Source of the DNA: Candidatus Kaiserbacteria bacterium RIFCSPLOWO2_01_FULL_50_24
Lineage (GTDB): Bacteria; Patescibacteriota; Minisyncoccia; Phycocordibacterales; UBA2100
Direction: 5' to 3'
Length of the DNA stretch: 64,000 nt
Assembly (NCBI GenBank): GCA_001783335.1
Contig: MFLU01000010.1
Location: forward strand, 30,122 to 94,121
The translations under genes were made by a program, and so were the position numbers. Of the stretch, positions 7,872 to 17,201 are shown one piece after another. How positions within the stretch are numbered: the stretch's first letter is position 1; each line of letters starts with the position of its first letter. Under the pieces are notes generated by a model, which made no database searches, was not told the DNA's origin, and saw only the letters and a list, made by a program, of their open reading frames with translations.

Positions 7872-9641
7872 ATGACGGTTGAGGCAACTTGGATTAAGAC
7901 CAAATGGAATCTTGGACTTCTATACGATTCGCTGACGGACCCAAGAATAGAGGAAGATATATCAAAACACGAGCGTGCGTTTGAGGACTTTGAAAGGCGG
8001 TATCGGAACGACACGGCGTATCTTGGAGATGTGGTCGCACTATGTATAGCGCTCCCGGACTACGAGTCTCTCTGGCGCGTGGGTAATTACAAACCCTTAC
8101 GCTATCTGTCGTTTGTAAACACGCTTGATAGCACAAACGCAGAGTGCAAAGCGCTCCAGCAAAAAATCACAGAACGTTTGGTGCGTGCTGGGAATCGCAT
8201 TAAATTTTTCCCGCTATCACTTGGAAAAATTTCCAAAGAAGCACAGGAGGCGTTTCTTGCAAGGGAATTACTGGCGCCGTATCGGTATTGGTTATCAAAA
8301 CTTTTTGAGGAAGCGCGACACAAACTCACAGAGCCGGAAGAGAAAATTCTTGCACTGAAAGCAAATACGTCAAGCGGAATGTGGACTTCGGGCGTGAAAA
8401 ACACCCTCAACAAGCAGGTTATCACGTTTGATGGCACAGAAATTCCTCTCAATGAAGCTGAAGGTAAAGTGTCAACGATACACGATACCGAAAAGCGCCG
8501 CGCCTTGTGGAGTGCGGTCATAGAAGGGTACCAGCGATTAGGTGATTTTGCGGAAAGCGAAATTAACGCCGTGTTCACCGACAAGAAAATCAACGATGAA
8601 TTGCGTGGGTACAAGGAACCGTACGATGCGACAATCCTCGGATACGAAAACAAAAGAGAAAGCGTGCTGGCGCTCGTAAAAACGGTAACCGAGAATTTTT
8701 CGGTAAGCCAGCGATTCTTCGAGGTCAAGTGCCGCATGCTTGCATTGCCGGAATTGACATATGCCGATCGTGGCGTGTCTCCGGGCCGTCAGATGCGTAG
8801 TTACTCATTTACCGAGTCGGTGCGGATTACTGAAAATGCCCTTGACCGCGCAGATCCAAGGTACGGAAACATATTTAGGGATTATCTTCGACACGGACAG
8901 ATAGATGTGTTTCCGCACGCGAACAGAGCTAGTGGCGGATTCTGCGCGGGCACGATAGATCTGCCGACCTTCATTTTCTTGAATCATGCGGACAACTTGC
9001 GCTCCTTGTCTACGTTGGCGCATGAGGTGGGGCACGGCATCCACTATGAACGCTCAAAGGTCCAATCGCCCATGTATCAACAATTTACGATACCGGTCGC
9101 GGAAACGGCCAGCACATTCTTTGAGGGCCTCGCGTTTAACCGAGCGATGAAAGAGATGGATGCGAGTGAGAAAGCGATAGCGCTTCACGAGCGGCTGAAT
9201 GGTGAAATTGCAACCATTTTCCGACAAATCGCCTTCTTTAACTTTGAGGAAGAATTACATCGCGCGGTGCGGGAAGACGGTTGGGTTACCAAAGAGGAAA
9301 TCGCGCGGATGCTCAACAGGCACACGGGGGCCTACATGGGCCCCACGATGAAATTGCGGGACGAAGACGGCTATTTCTTCATCACCGTGCCGCACTTCCG
9401 CTATATGTTCTACGTGTATTCATATGCGTATGGTCAATTGATAAGTCGGGCTCTCGTGCGACGGGTCCAAAATGACTCTGCGTACATCAAGCAGGTAGAT
9501 CGGTTTCTCTCTGCTGGCGGAAGTCAAAAGCCCGAGCACATATTTGCCGACATCGGCATTGAAGTAAACGAGGAGTTTTTCCGCGAGGGCATCGCGGAAA
9601 TTGAAAAAGACCTCTCGGAACTTGAGCAACTGGTTGCGTAA
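7872..9641 (+). CDS. oligoendopeptidase F (M3B family)
   Basis: TLAHEVGHGIH, AETASTF, FYVYSYAYG; SD GGGAG before the ATG at 7872. Confidence 0.93.
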   Translation: MTVEATWIKTKWNLGLLYDSLTDPRIEEDISKHERAFEDFERRYRNDTAYLGDVVALCIALPDYESLWRVGNYKPLRYLSFVNTLDSTNAECKALQQKITERLVRAGNRIKFFPLSLGKISKEAQEAFLARELLAPYRYWLSKLFEEARHKLTEPEEKILALKANTSSGMWTSGVKNTLNKQVITFDGTEIPLNEAEGKVSTIHDTEKRRALWSAVIEGYQRLGDFAESEINAVFTDKKINDELRGYKEPYDATILGYENKRESVLALVKTVTENFSVSQRFFEVKCRMLALPELTYADRGVSPGRQMRSYSFTESVRITENALDRADPRYGNIFRDYLRHGQIDVFPHANRASGGFCAGTIDLPTFIFLNHADNLRSLSTLAHEVGHGIHYERSKVQSPMYQQFTIPVAETASTFFEGLAFNRAMKEMDASEKAIALHERLNGEIATIFRQIAFFNFEEELHRAVREDGWVTKEEIARMLNRHTGAYMGPTMKLRDEDGYFFITVPHFRYMFYVYSYAYGQLISRALVRRVQNDSAYIKQVDRFLSAGGSQKPEHIFADIGIEVNEEFFREGIAEIEKDLSELEQLVA

Positions 9642-9656
9642 CGCGCATCCAAAAAC

Positions 9657-9677
9657 CCTAGAGGCGTCGCCTCTAGG
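9657..9677. repeat. REP-like palindrome, copy 3
   Basis: Identical to copy 1, including flanks AAAAC…ATT. Confidence 0.85.
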
Positions 9678-9751
9678 ATTATGAGTGGTTTGACCGACTA
9701 TATTCTTCACCCTCGTGGCACACGCGCCGCGGGGGTGATATTCTTTGTGTT

Positions 9752-11572
9752 GTGCAGGTAAATGAAATACGAGAAAAATATTTGGCGTTTTTCAAAGCGC
9801 GGGGGCATGTAATAGTGTCATCGGCGTCACTGGTTCCAGAGGGAGACGCAACGACGCTTTTTACGGGGAACGGCATGCAGCCGATGGTTCCGTATCTCCT
9901 CGGAGCGTCGCATCCAAGCGGTACACGAATCGCCGACGTGCAAAAGTCGTTTCGAGCGGAAGATATTGCAGAAGTGGGGGACAATCGCCACACGACATTC
10001 TTTGAAATGCTGGGCAACTGGTCGTTCGGCGACTATTGGAAAAAAGAACAGCTCACATGGTGTTTTGAATTTTTGACCAAAGAGCTCGGATTTCCGAAAG
10101 AGCGCCTATGGGTCACCTGTTTTGAAGGTGATACGGAAAAAGGAATACCGAAAGACACGGAATCGGCGGAAATCTGGAAAGAATTGGGAATTCCCGAAGA
10201 TCACATACGTTTCTATGAAGCCAAGAATTGGTGGAGTCGCGCGGGTGCTCCTTCCGAAATGCCGGAAGGTGAGCCGGGCGGGCCGGACTCGGAGGTGTTT
10301 TATGAATTTACACAAGTAGCACATGATGCAAAATTTGGCGACGAGTGCCATCCGAATTGCGACTGCGGGCGGTTTCTTGAAATATGCAACTCGGTATTTA
10401 TGCAGTACGTGAAAATTGCTGGAGGCGGGTTTCAGCCGCTCCCGAAACAAAATGTTGATTTCGGAGGCGGACTGGAACGTATCGCGGCGGCTTCGGAAAA
10501 TAATCCGGATATATTCGTAACCGACGTGTTTATTGAGCCGATACGGCTTTTGGAGCACATGAGCGGAAAACATTATGTTGATTCTCGTTACGCGCGTAGC
10601 TTTCGCATTATTGCAGACCACGCGCGGGCGGTCACTTTCATACTGGCCGACGGCGTTCGGCCGTCCAATACCGAGCGCGGCTATGTGCTTCGCCGCCTTA
10701 TTCGCCGTGCGGCGCTTCACGCTTTGAAACTTGATTTTGTGGATAAAGACAAAGAGGATTCCGCGCTCGTGCGGTGTGCCACCATATATCTTGAAAAATA
10801 CAGGCAGGCATATCCGGAACTCGCTGGCGAAGAAATGTATGCTACGGTAACGAATGGGCTGTGGGAGGAGGAAAGAAATTTTGCAAAAACACTTACACGC
10901 GGCATGCGGGAGTTTGAGAAAATTGCCGCCGATGGGCATATCTCGGGCGAGCAGGCATTTCTCCTCACCACCACCTACGGCTTTCCGTTTGAAATGATGG
11001 CAGAGTTGGCGCATGAGCGCGCAATAGAGGTGGATGAGGTTGATTTTCAGAAACTCATGAAGGAACATCAAGGAACATCGCGTGCGGGTGCAGAGAAAAA
11101 ATTCAAGGGCGGGCTCGCGGATAGCTCGGAGCAAACGACGCGCCTCCACACCGCGCACCACCTTTTGCTCAAATCACTCCAGATGGTGCTCGGACCGCAC
11201 GTAAAACAGCGTGGGAGCAACATCACGCAAGAACGTTTGCGTATTGATTTCTCGCATGGAGAGAAAATGACAAAAGAGCAAATCGCAGAAGTGGAGCGTA
11301 TCGTGAACGAGAAAATCGCGGAGGCCTTGCCAGTTGTATGCACGGAGATGGCGCGCGAGGAGGCGGAACAACTTGGCGCGGAACATGAGTTCGGTGCGAA
11401 GTATACGGAGCGCGTTTCCGTGTATTCAGTCGGCCAACCAGACAACGTATTCTCCATAGAATTTTGCGGCGGGCCGCATGTAGCGAATACCGGCGGACTC
11501 GGTACATTCAAAATTTTGAAAGAGGAGGCCGTGGCGGCCGGTATACGCCGTATCAAGGCGACACTCGCGTAA
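9752..11572 (+). CDS. alaS: alanine--tRNA ligase (short form without C-Ala domain)
   Basis: HTTFFEMLGN, DFGGGLER, RGYVLRR, HTAHHLL, CGGPH. Confidence 0.97.
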   Translation: MQVNEIREKYLAFFKARGHVIVSSASLVPEGDATTLFTGNGMQPMVPYLLGASHPSGTRIADVQKSFRAEDIAEVGDNRHTTFFEMLGNWSFGDYWKKEQLTWCFEFLTKELGFPKERLWVTCFEGDTEKGIPKDTESAEIWKELGIPEDHIRFYEAKNWWSRAGAPSEMPEGEPGGPDSEVFYEFTQVAHDAKFGDECHPNCDCGRFLEICNSVFMQYVKIAGGGFQPLPKQNVDFGGGLERIAAASENNPDIFVTDVFIEPIRLLEHMSGKHYVDSRYARSFRIIADHARAVTFILADGVRPSNTERGYVLRRLIRRAALHALKLDFVDKDKEDSALVRCATIYLEKYRQAYPELAGEEMYATVTNGLWEEERNFAKTLTRGMREFEKIAADGHISGEQAFLLTTTYGFPFEMMAELAHERAIEVDEVDFQKLMKEHQGTSRAGAEKKFKGGLADSSEQTTRLHTAHHLLLKSLQMVLGPHVKQRGSNITQERLRIDFSHGEKMTKEQIAEVERIVNEKIAEALPVVCTEMAREEAEQLGAEHEFGAKYTERVSVYSVGQPDNVFSIEFCGGPHVANTGGLGTFKILKEEAVAAGIRRIKATLA

Positions 11573-11577
11573 ATCTT

Positions 11578-11613
11578 TATAGACTTTTTATGCCATGGCA
11601 TAAAAAGTCTATA
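11578..11613. repeat. perfect 36-bp palindrome
   Basis: TATAGACTTTTTATGCCA|TGGCATAAAAAGTCTATA. Confidence 0.8.
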
Positions 11614-11721
11614 CACAGACAATGGCGATACAAAATAGCCATAAAATTATGGGGTTGTATTTGTTCACAGCATGATAGTGCGCCCCGTTTAAACACGCCG
11701 TGACGCGTTATAATTTAGACA

Positions 11722-12891
11722 ATGTTCTCCATTCCCTTTCTGCAAAAACGCGAGCGCGTTGCGATTGTTGTATATGTCGGGGGTGCCTCGGCAGGTGTAG
11801 CCTTCGGCGTATTGCGCGAAAACTCTTTTCATATTGTCGCATCAGAGACCGTGGAAGCGACGCTTGCTGATCGTACGCGCGAACACACAATCGCTGCGGT
11901 GAAGACGGCGCTCCGCGAAGCGTCCGAGAAAGCGCGCGCGGCATATGCGGCGACCCTCGTCTTCAACATGCATGGAACTCCACATATCGGATATGTCGTT
12001 TTGGAGTCGCCATGGTCAGAGACCTGTGCTGTCGGAGCGGAGAGGGAGCTTCAAGAGGAAACAAAGATAACAAACGAAATCTTAGGCGAAATTTCGCGCG
12101 AAGCTATCGCGAGCGAATGTGAGCCGCCGAGAGAGATAGTGGCACGCGATAGTACATTTGAAGCAACGACTGTGCGTGTTCTTTTAAACGGCTATCCGAC
12201 GGCAAAACCGGCGGGAAAGTATGCGGCGCATGTTGCCGTTCGCGCCATTGTCTCCAGTGCCGAACCAACCGTACTTCGTGGCGCAACCGAAGTGCTTGTA
12301 TCGTTTGGCATTGATAATCCGGTTTTACGTTCCGGCGCGCGCGCGCTTTTCTCTGCAGCGCGCAGGATGGCGGATGTGGGCGAAGAGTATGTGCTCGCGC
12401 ATCTCACCGACGGCTCCCTCTACTTTTTAATCGTGCACGAAGGGGTGCCTGTTATTTCTGCCGTTATTCCTATGGGGCTTCATGAGATATTGAAACGCGT
12501 GTCTCCCCAACAGTCGCCGGAGGAAACACTGAGCTTATTTTCCCTTACAGAAAAGGAAGCGTGCAGTCAGGAAGCATGCGCCGCGTTTCAAGAGGCATTA
12601 GGGAAATTTGAGCCGGAATTCGTGCGCGTGGCCGGAGAAAGTATGGCGGGAATGTGCGACGGAAGAAAGTTGCCGCAGCGTTTGGTGCTTCACGCGGATG
12701 CACGCATCGCGGAGTGGCTTTCCAACGTATTTTCACGCATTGACTTTGAGCAGTTTACGATAACTGTTCAGCCGTACTCGGTGCGGCTTCTCACGCTTCC
12801 TGATACGCTCGTTTCTCTCGGCGAGGGGGTGCATGTGGAACCATCGTTAAAAATTGCTTCTGCGCTCGTGCCGCTTGAGGCAAACATCTAG
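11722..12891 (+). CDS. hypothetical protein, possibly a degenerate FtsA/PilM-like actin fold
   Basis: Long ORF; IVVYVGGASA N-terminus, LNGY motif; TATAAT upstream. Confidence 0.6.
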   Translation: MFSIPFLQKRERVAIVVYVGGASAGVAFGVLRENSFHIVASETVEATLADRTREHTIAAVKTALREASEKARAAYAATLVFNMHGTPHIGYVVLESPWSETCAVGAERELQEETKITNEILGEISREAIASECEPPREIVARDSTFEATTVRVLLNGYPTAKPAGKYAAHVAVRAIVSSAEPTVLRGATEVLVSFGIDNPVLRSGARALFSAARRMADVGEEYVLAHLTDGSLYFLIVHEGVPVISAVIPMGLHEILKRVSPQQSPEETLSLFSLTEKEACSQEACAAFQEALGKFEPEFVRVAGESMAGMCDGRKLPQRLVLHADARIAEWLSNVFSRIDFEQFTITVQPYSVRLLTLPDTLVSLGEGVHVEPSLKIASALVPLEANI

Positions 12892-12898
12892 TGCATGT

Positions 12899-13036
12899 TC
12901 AAAAAACACAGAGCACAGATTGCACAAAGCACAAATAAACAAGGCCGCGCCGTCTATCCCCGCAGCAAGCCCTCGACACTTACTCTGGTGTTATTGCATG
13001 CGTGTTTTTGTGTTCTGGTTCCTGTGTTTTGTTTTC
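12899..13036. repeat. inverted-repeat element, family C (ACACAGA/TTGTGTT)
   Basis: CACAGATTGCACAAAG arm and TTGTGT.CTGGTTCCTGT arm are shared with 40200-40345. Confidence 0.7.
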
Positions 13037-13102
13037 CTAAACAAATTCCCAGTGTCCACAGCGTTCACCATTGTTCCACATAGTCGTGATATACTACACA
13101 TA

Positions 13103-14521
13103 ATGCCGAAGGATTACTTTGAAGACATCGCTCCTCCTCTCGCAAAGTCCGCCGAGAAGGCGTCTACTGCCTTGACTCCCGCGTCTGTTTCAATCAAATC
13201 CAGAGAACAAAAATCTGCTCTTCCGCGCTCCGCGCCACCTCCCCCGTCTCCCGTTGTTGGTGTGGGCGATCGTTCTATACGAAATATCGCGTCGTCGCGC
13301 TCGCGTCTTCGCCAAGCACCTCCTCCCGTTTCCCCACCGCCGAATATGTGGAATACTGGAGGTATGGCACAAGCAGTAACAAAACATTCGCGTTGGTGGC
13401 TGTGGCTTGTGGCTCTCGGCGCACTCTTACTTCTTGGAGGTGTCCTGTTGTTTGCGAATCGCGGAACGACCGTAACGGTAGTGCCACGCTCCCACACCGT
13501 AGTTTTTGACGCATCCCATCGCTATACCGGATACCCGGCGGCCAGTGCAGAAGCGGGCGCACTCGCGTACACGCTGCAAACATTTGAATTTGAGGACTCT
13601 GCGGCCGTGCCCGCCGAAGGAGTGGAGCGTGTGGAGGAAAAAGCACACGGCACCATTACAATTTTTAACGAACACTCTGCATCGTCCGTACGACTCATTA
13701 AAAATACCCGTTTCCAAACCCTGGCAGGCCTGGTATTTCGGGTTCCAGATACCGTTACCGTTCCAGGAAAGAGCGCGTCGAAAGCCGGTACTATTTCGAT
13801 TGAAGTGTACGCCGACTCTCCGGGGGAGGAGTACAATGTTGGACCCGTAGCACGCTTTACACTTCCCGGATTAAAAACGTCTCCCGACATGTACTCTGCG
13901 GTGTACGCAAAATCAGATACACCGTTTTCCGGCGGGTTCATCGGCGAGCGTCCGCGTGTGGCGCCTCAGACTCTCGAAAGTGCTCGTGCGAATGTGCGCG
14001 CGCGTTTGGAAGAAAAAGCTGTAGGAGTGCAAAGCACCGACATTGCGGGGATTTTGCTTCCGGGATTGTATCGCATCTCATTCGTGTCCGAGTCGCAGAC
14101 CACCGAAGCCGGTGGCGGAGTCCGTATTCACGAAAAGGCGGTGGTGATGTATCCCGTGTTCACGCCGGAATCATTCTCTGCTGTGGTAGCGAGTAGCATC
14201 GCGGCAGACGCAGAGAACGCGTCCGTTCGTTTTACTCCCGGCGCTGCCTTTTCTGCGATAGCTGACGCTTCCGCACTCGGAGCACTTGAATCTGGGTCGT
14301 TCCCATTCTCACTAAACGGGCAAGGCAGGATCGTTTTTAACGTTGATGCGGAGGCGCTTACAAACGCGCTCGCAGGGCGTGAGAAATCGGCATTTGAGGC
14401 GATTTCTGCGAGTTTTCCCGGCATTGAAACTGCGCGCGCTCGCGTGAGTCCGTTTTGGTCCGGCACTTTTCCAAAAGATCCTGCCGACATCAACATTGTA
14501 TTGGAATCGGCATCCGAATAA
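13103..14521 (+). CDS. single-pass membrane protein with a baseplate-J-like extracellular region
   Basis: Pro-rich N-terminus, one TM helix, KAHGTITIFN…TRF…VPG…GEEYN…FSGG pattern. Confidence 0.7.
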   Translation: MPKDYFEDIAPPLAKSAEKASTALTPASVSIKSREQKSALPRSAPPPPSPVVGVGDRSIRNIASSRSRLRQAPPPVSPPPNMWNTGGMAQAVTKHSRWWLWLVALGALLLLGGVLLFANRGTTVTVVPRSHTVVFDASHRYTGYPAASAEAGALAYTLQTFEFEDSAAVPAEGVERVEEKAHGTITIFNEHSASSVRLIKNTRFQTLAGLVFRVPDTVTVPGKSASKAGTISIEVYADSPGEEYNVGPVARFTLPGLKTSPDMYSAVYAKSDTPFSGGFIGERPRVAPQTLESARANVRARLEEKAVGVQSTDIAGILLPGLYRISFVSESQTTEAGGGVRIHEKAVVMYPVFTPESFSAVVASSIAADAENASVRFTPGAAFSAIADASALGALESGSFPFSLNGQGRIVFNVDAEALTNALAGREKSAFEAISASFPGIETARARVSPFWSGTFPKDPADINIVLESASE

Positions 14522-14569
14522 TTGATATCGTGTATTGTTTCTGTTACGCTAGAGTTATAGTTACTGCCG

Positions 14570-14779
14570 ATGACCGAACCGCAACTAAAAGAGGGAATTG
14601 TAGACGAGGCGCTGCCGAACGCTCTTTTTCGCATAAAGCTAAAAGAAGGGGGTGAACTCGTGCTTGCGTACCTCGCCGGCAAAATGCGTCTCCACAGAAT
14701 TCGCGTACTTCTTGGTGATCGCGTTGAGCTCCAAATGGACCCGTATGGCGGGCGAGCGAGAATAGTGAAGCGCCTATAG
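14570..14779 (+). CDS. infA: translation initiation factor IF-1
   Basis: [17 protein letters not shown]. Confidence 0.97.
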   Translation: MTEPQLKEGIVDEALPNALFRIKLKEGGELVLAYLAGKMRLHRIRVLLGDRVELQMDPYGGRARIVKRL

Positions 14780-14793
14780 TGGGGCGCTTCGTC

Positions 14794-14896
14794 GGCACAC
14801 CTGTTTGGGAGACCGCTCACGCCTCGCTCCAGTTTTGTCTTTCAGCAAAACTGGAGCGAGGCTCCACTACGGTTAAGTCTCCCAAACAGGTGTGCC
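14794..14896. repeat. nested perfect inverted repeats (20 bp and 17 bp stems)
   Basis: GGCACACCTGTTTGGGAGAC/GTCTCCCAAACAGGTGTGCC and GCCTCGCTCCAGTTTTG/CAAAACTGGAGCGAGGC. Confidence 0.8.
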
Positions 14897-15017
14897 TCCT
14901 CCGCTGAGGGTGGTTGGATACAGAATTGCATACGTGTCTGCGGGTGACAAAGAAACCTTGCATTTTTTGCGGTTTCAGGTTACATTCTCTCGTACCCATG
15001 TCCGATTGGGTTTATGC

Positions 15018-15131
15018 ATGAAAGTTAAAGCATCGGTGAAGAAAATTTGTCAGCACTGCCGCCATGTGCGCCGGCGAGGGCGATTACGGGTTATTTGCAA
15101 GAATCCGAGGCATAAGCAGAGACAGGGGTAG
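15018..15131 (+). CDS. rpmJ: 50S ribosomal protein L36
   Basis: [11 protein letters not shown]…HKQRQG. Confidence 0.97.
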   Translation: MKVKASVKKICQHCRHVRRRGRLRVICKNPRHKQRQG

Positions 15132-15238
15132 CTTCTAGCTTTGAGCTTCTAGCTTCTAGGAAAAACCTGGAGGTTGGAAGCTCCAAGTCAGGGGCACAAA
15201 GTAAAAACCTATAAGCTAAAAGCTAGCACCTAGAAGCT
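15130..15238. repeat. heptamer inverted-repeat element, family D (AGCTTCT/AGAAGCT)
   Basis: Periodic AGCTTCT arm and a complementary arm; related element at 44909-44996. Confidence 0.75.
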
Positions 15239-15245
15239 ATTCATT

Positions 15246-15626
15246 ATGCGTATCTCCGGTATTACAATCCCAGAAAATAAGCGGCTTGAGATAGGCCTCA
15301 CGGCGGTGTATGGTGTGGGGCGGCCACGCGCGCGCGCCACACTTGCGCTACTTGGTATTGACTCGGGCGCGCGCCCGAAGGATTTGTCACAAAAAGAGGA
15401 AGGCGCGCTTCGAGAGGCGGTAGAGAAAAATAAGGTGGAGGGCGAGTTGAAGCGTTTTATTTCAGCCAACATTCGGCGGCTTAAAGACATCAAGGCGTAT
15501 CGAGGAGGGCGCCATGCAAAACGACTTCCGGCTCGGGGACAGGGAACTAAAACAAACTCGCGCACCGTGCGCGGCAATGTGCGAAAGACGATGACCTCAG
15601 GCAAACGCAAATTAGAAAAGACATAA
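15246..15626 (+). CDS. rpsM: 30S ribosomal protein S13
   Basis: YRGGRH…LPARGQGTKTNSRT. Confidence 0.97.
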   Translation: MRISGITIPENKRLEIGLTAVYGVGRPRARATLALLGIDSGARPKDLSQKEEGALREAVEKNKVEGELKRFISANIRRLKDIKAYRGGRHAKRLPARGQGTKTNSRTVRGNVRKTMTSGKRKLEKT

Positions 15627-15679
15627 TATGTGCCAATCTGCAAATATATTTCAACCTGCAAATGGCTACGAATTTACAA

Positions 15680-15805
15680 AAAGCACCAAATTCCAAGCAC
15701 CAAATCACAATGAACAAAATACAAAATACAAAACAAAATACGTTTGAGACATTAGGATTTAGAATTTCGGTATTGTTTGGAATTTGGGATTTGTAATTTG
15801 TTATT
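15680..15805. repeat. heptamer inverted-repeat element, family E (CAAATTC/GAATTTG)
   Basis: CACCAAATTCCAAGCACCAAATCAC … TTGTTTGGAATTTGGGATTTGTAATTTG; relatives at 23308 and 30268. Confidence 0.75.
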
Positions 15806-15815
15806 TTCCTTATCT

Positions 15816-16250
15816 ATGGGTAAAAAACGCATAATTCGAAAAAGCGGCGGCTCGGTAGACCAAGGCCTTAAATCGAGGTCGTTAGCTCGTGTTGCAAAAA
15901 AGAACATGCTCGCCGGTACTCTTCATATTCAGGCAACGTACAACAACACAAAGGTACTGCTTGCCGATAAGGAGGGCAACACGGTTGCGTGGTCGTCTTC
16001 CGGAGCACTCGGATTCTCCGGCGCAAAGAAAGGAACACCGTTTGCGGCGGCGAAAGTTGGAGAGCTCATTGGTGAGAAAGCAAATATCATCGGCGTTAAA
16101 GAGGTTGATGTAGTTATTCGGGGCGTCGGTGCAGGTAGGGAATCGGCCTTGCGCGCGTTTGCGTCAAAAGGAGTTGACGTATCGCGCATAAGAGACAATA
16201 CCCCCATTCCGCACAATGGGCCGAGACCGCCGAAGCCACGCAGAGTTTAA
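15816..16250 (+). CDS. rpsK: 30S ribosomal protein S11
   Basis: TYNNT, GTPFAA, TPIPHNG.RPPK.RRV. Confidence 0.97.
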   Translation: MGKKRIIRKSGGSVDQGLKSRSLARVAKKNMLAGTLHIQATYNNTKVLLADKEGNTVAWSSSGALGFSGAKKGTPFAAAKVGELIGEKANIIGVKEVDVVIRGVGAGRESALRAFASKGVDVSRIRDNTPIPHNGPRPPKPRRV

Positions 16251-16372
16251 ATTAAAAACTAAAAGTGAAAAATGAAAAACGACAACTTAAAATGTAAAAC
16301 CACACACACGCTTCTCGGAAGTTTTTAACTTTTCATTGTCGTTTTTAGATTTTCATTTTAAATTTTAAACTT
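16249..16372. repeat. family B element, copy upstream of rpsD
   Basis: About 125 bp, near-identical to 18619-18742. Confidence 0.9.
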
Positions 16373-16378
16373 GTTATT

Positions 16379-16993
16379 ATGTTGCCCATCAAATCAAAAT
16401 ACAAAATCGCCAAGCGCCTTGGCGCGCATATCTTTCCGCAAACGCAAACGCAGAAGTTTGCGCTTTCCGAAGCGCGCACAAAAAAGCAGAAATCACACAA
16501 ACGTGCCGGTTCAGATTTTAGTAAACAGCTCTTGGAAAAACAGCGTGTTCGCTACACGTACGGTCTTTCGGAGCGCCAACTTTCAAATTATGCGGCACGC
16601 GCTATGAAAGATCCAAATCCGCCGCAGGCGCTTCATCGAGCGTTTGAGTTGCGCCTGGATAGCGTAGTATACCGCGCGGGGTTCGCGCACACGCGGCGCT
16701 CGGCGCGCCAGAGTACCTCTCACGGACACTTCACAGTGAATGGGCGACGCGTGACGACTCCCTCGTTTCAGCTGTCCTTGGACGATGTGGTCGCCGTGCG
16801 AGAGGGAAAGACGAGAGCGTCTCCGCTCTTTTCTGCCCTTACTTCAAACGAGGGAGAAGATATTCGCGCGATACCGAGCTGGCTTTCGGTAGACATATCT
16901 CTCCTCCAGACGACCGTCTCGTCTCTGCCGGAATATACTCAAACGGAGGGAGGCCTTGAGTACCCGCTTGTCTTTGAGTACTACAGCAGATAA
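16379..16993 (+). CDS. rpsD: 30S ribosomal protein S4
   Basis: QLLEKQ, ELRLDSVVYR, HGH, EYYSR. Confidence 0.97.
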   Translation: MLPIKSKYKIAKRLGAHIFPQTQTQKFALSEARTKKQKSHKRAGSDFSKQLLEKQRVRYTYGLSERQLSNYAARAMKDPNPPQALHRAFELRLDSVVYRAGFAHTRRSARQSTSHGHFTVNGRRVTTPSFQLSLDDVVAVREGKTRASPLFSALTSNEGEDIRAIPSWLSVDISLLQTTVSSLPEYTQTEGGLEYPLVFEYYSR

Positions 16994-17030
16994 GATTTTC
17001 TTTCGAGCGGAGTGAGTTAGAAACAACCTT

Positions 17031-17137
17031 ACCCGGCACCTTTTCTATCCACCTATGATATCTACTACCTTGCACAACATGGGATGCTATGTTACGATGG
17101 TTTCTTAATGTGCAAACCCGCACAAAAGGTGTCGGGT
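17031..17137. repeat. inverted-repeat element between rpsD and rpoA
   Basis: ACCCGGCACCTTTT … AAAAGGTGTCGGGT. Confidence 0.55.
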
Positions 17138-17201
17138 GTAAGTTTTTGTAACTCATACATACTCACTTTAGTTCGTATTTATTCATAACAAAATCTAACA
17201 C

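Noticed and set aside
10106-11161. Long antisense ORFs (351 aa here; also 20779-21576, 22311-23078, 61400-62224)
   Set aside because: Shadow frames of well-supported genes with no recognisable motifs.
12854-13102. Extended N-terminus of the 555-aa ORF
   Set aside because: It reads through a family C repeat; a TG-extended -10 supports the ATG at 13103.
13103-14521. Prophage or contractile-tail locus
   Set aside because: A single baseplate-like membrane protein with no other phage genes.
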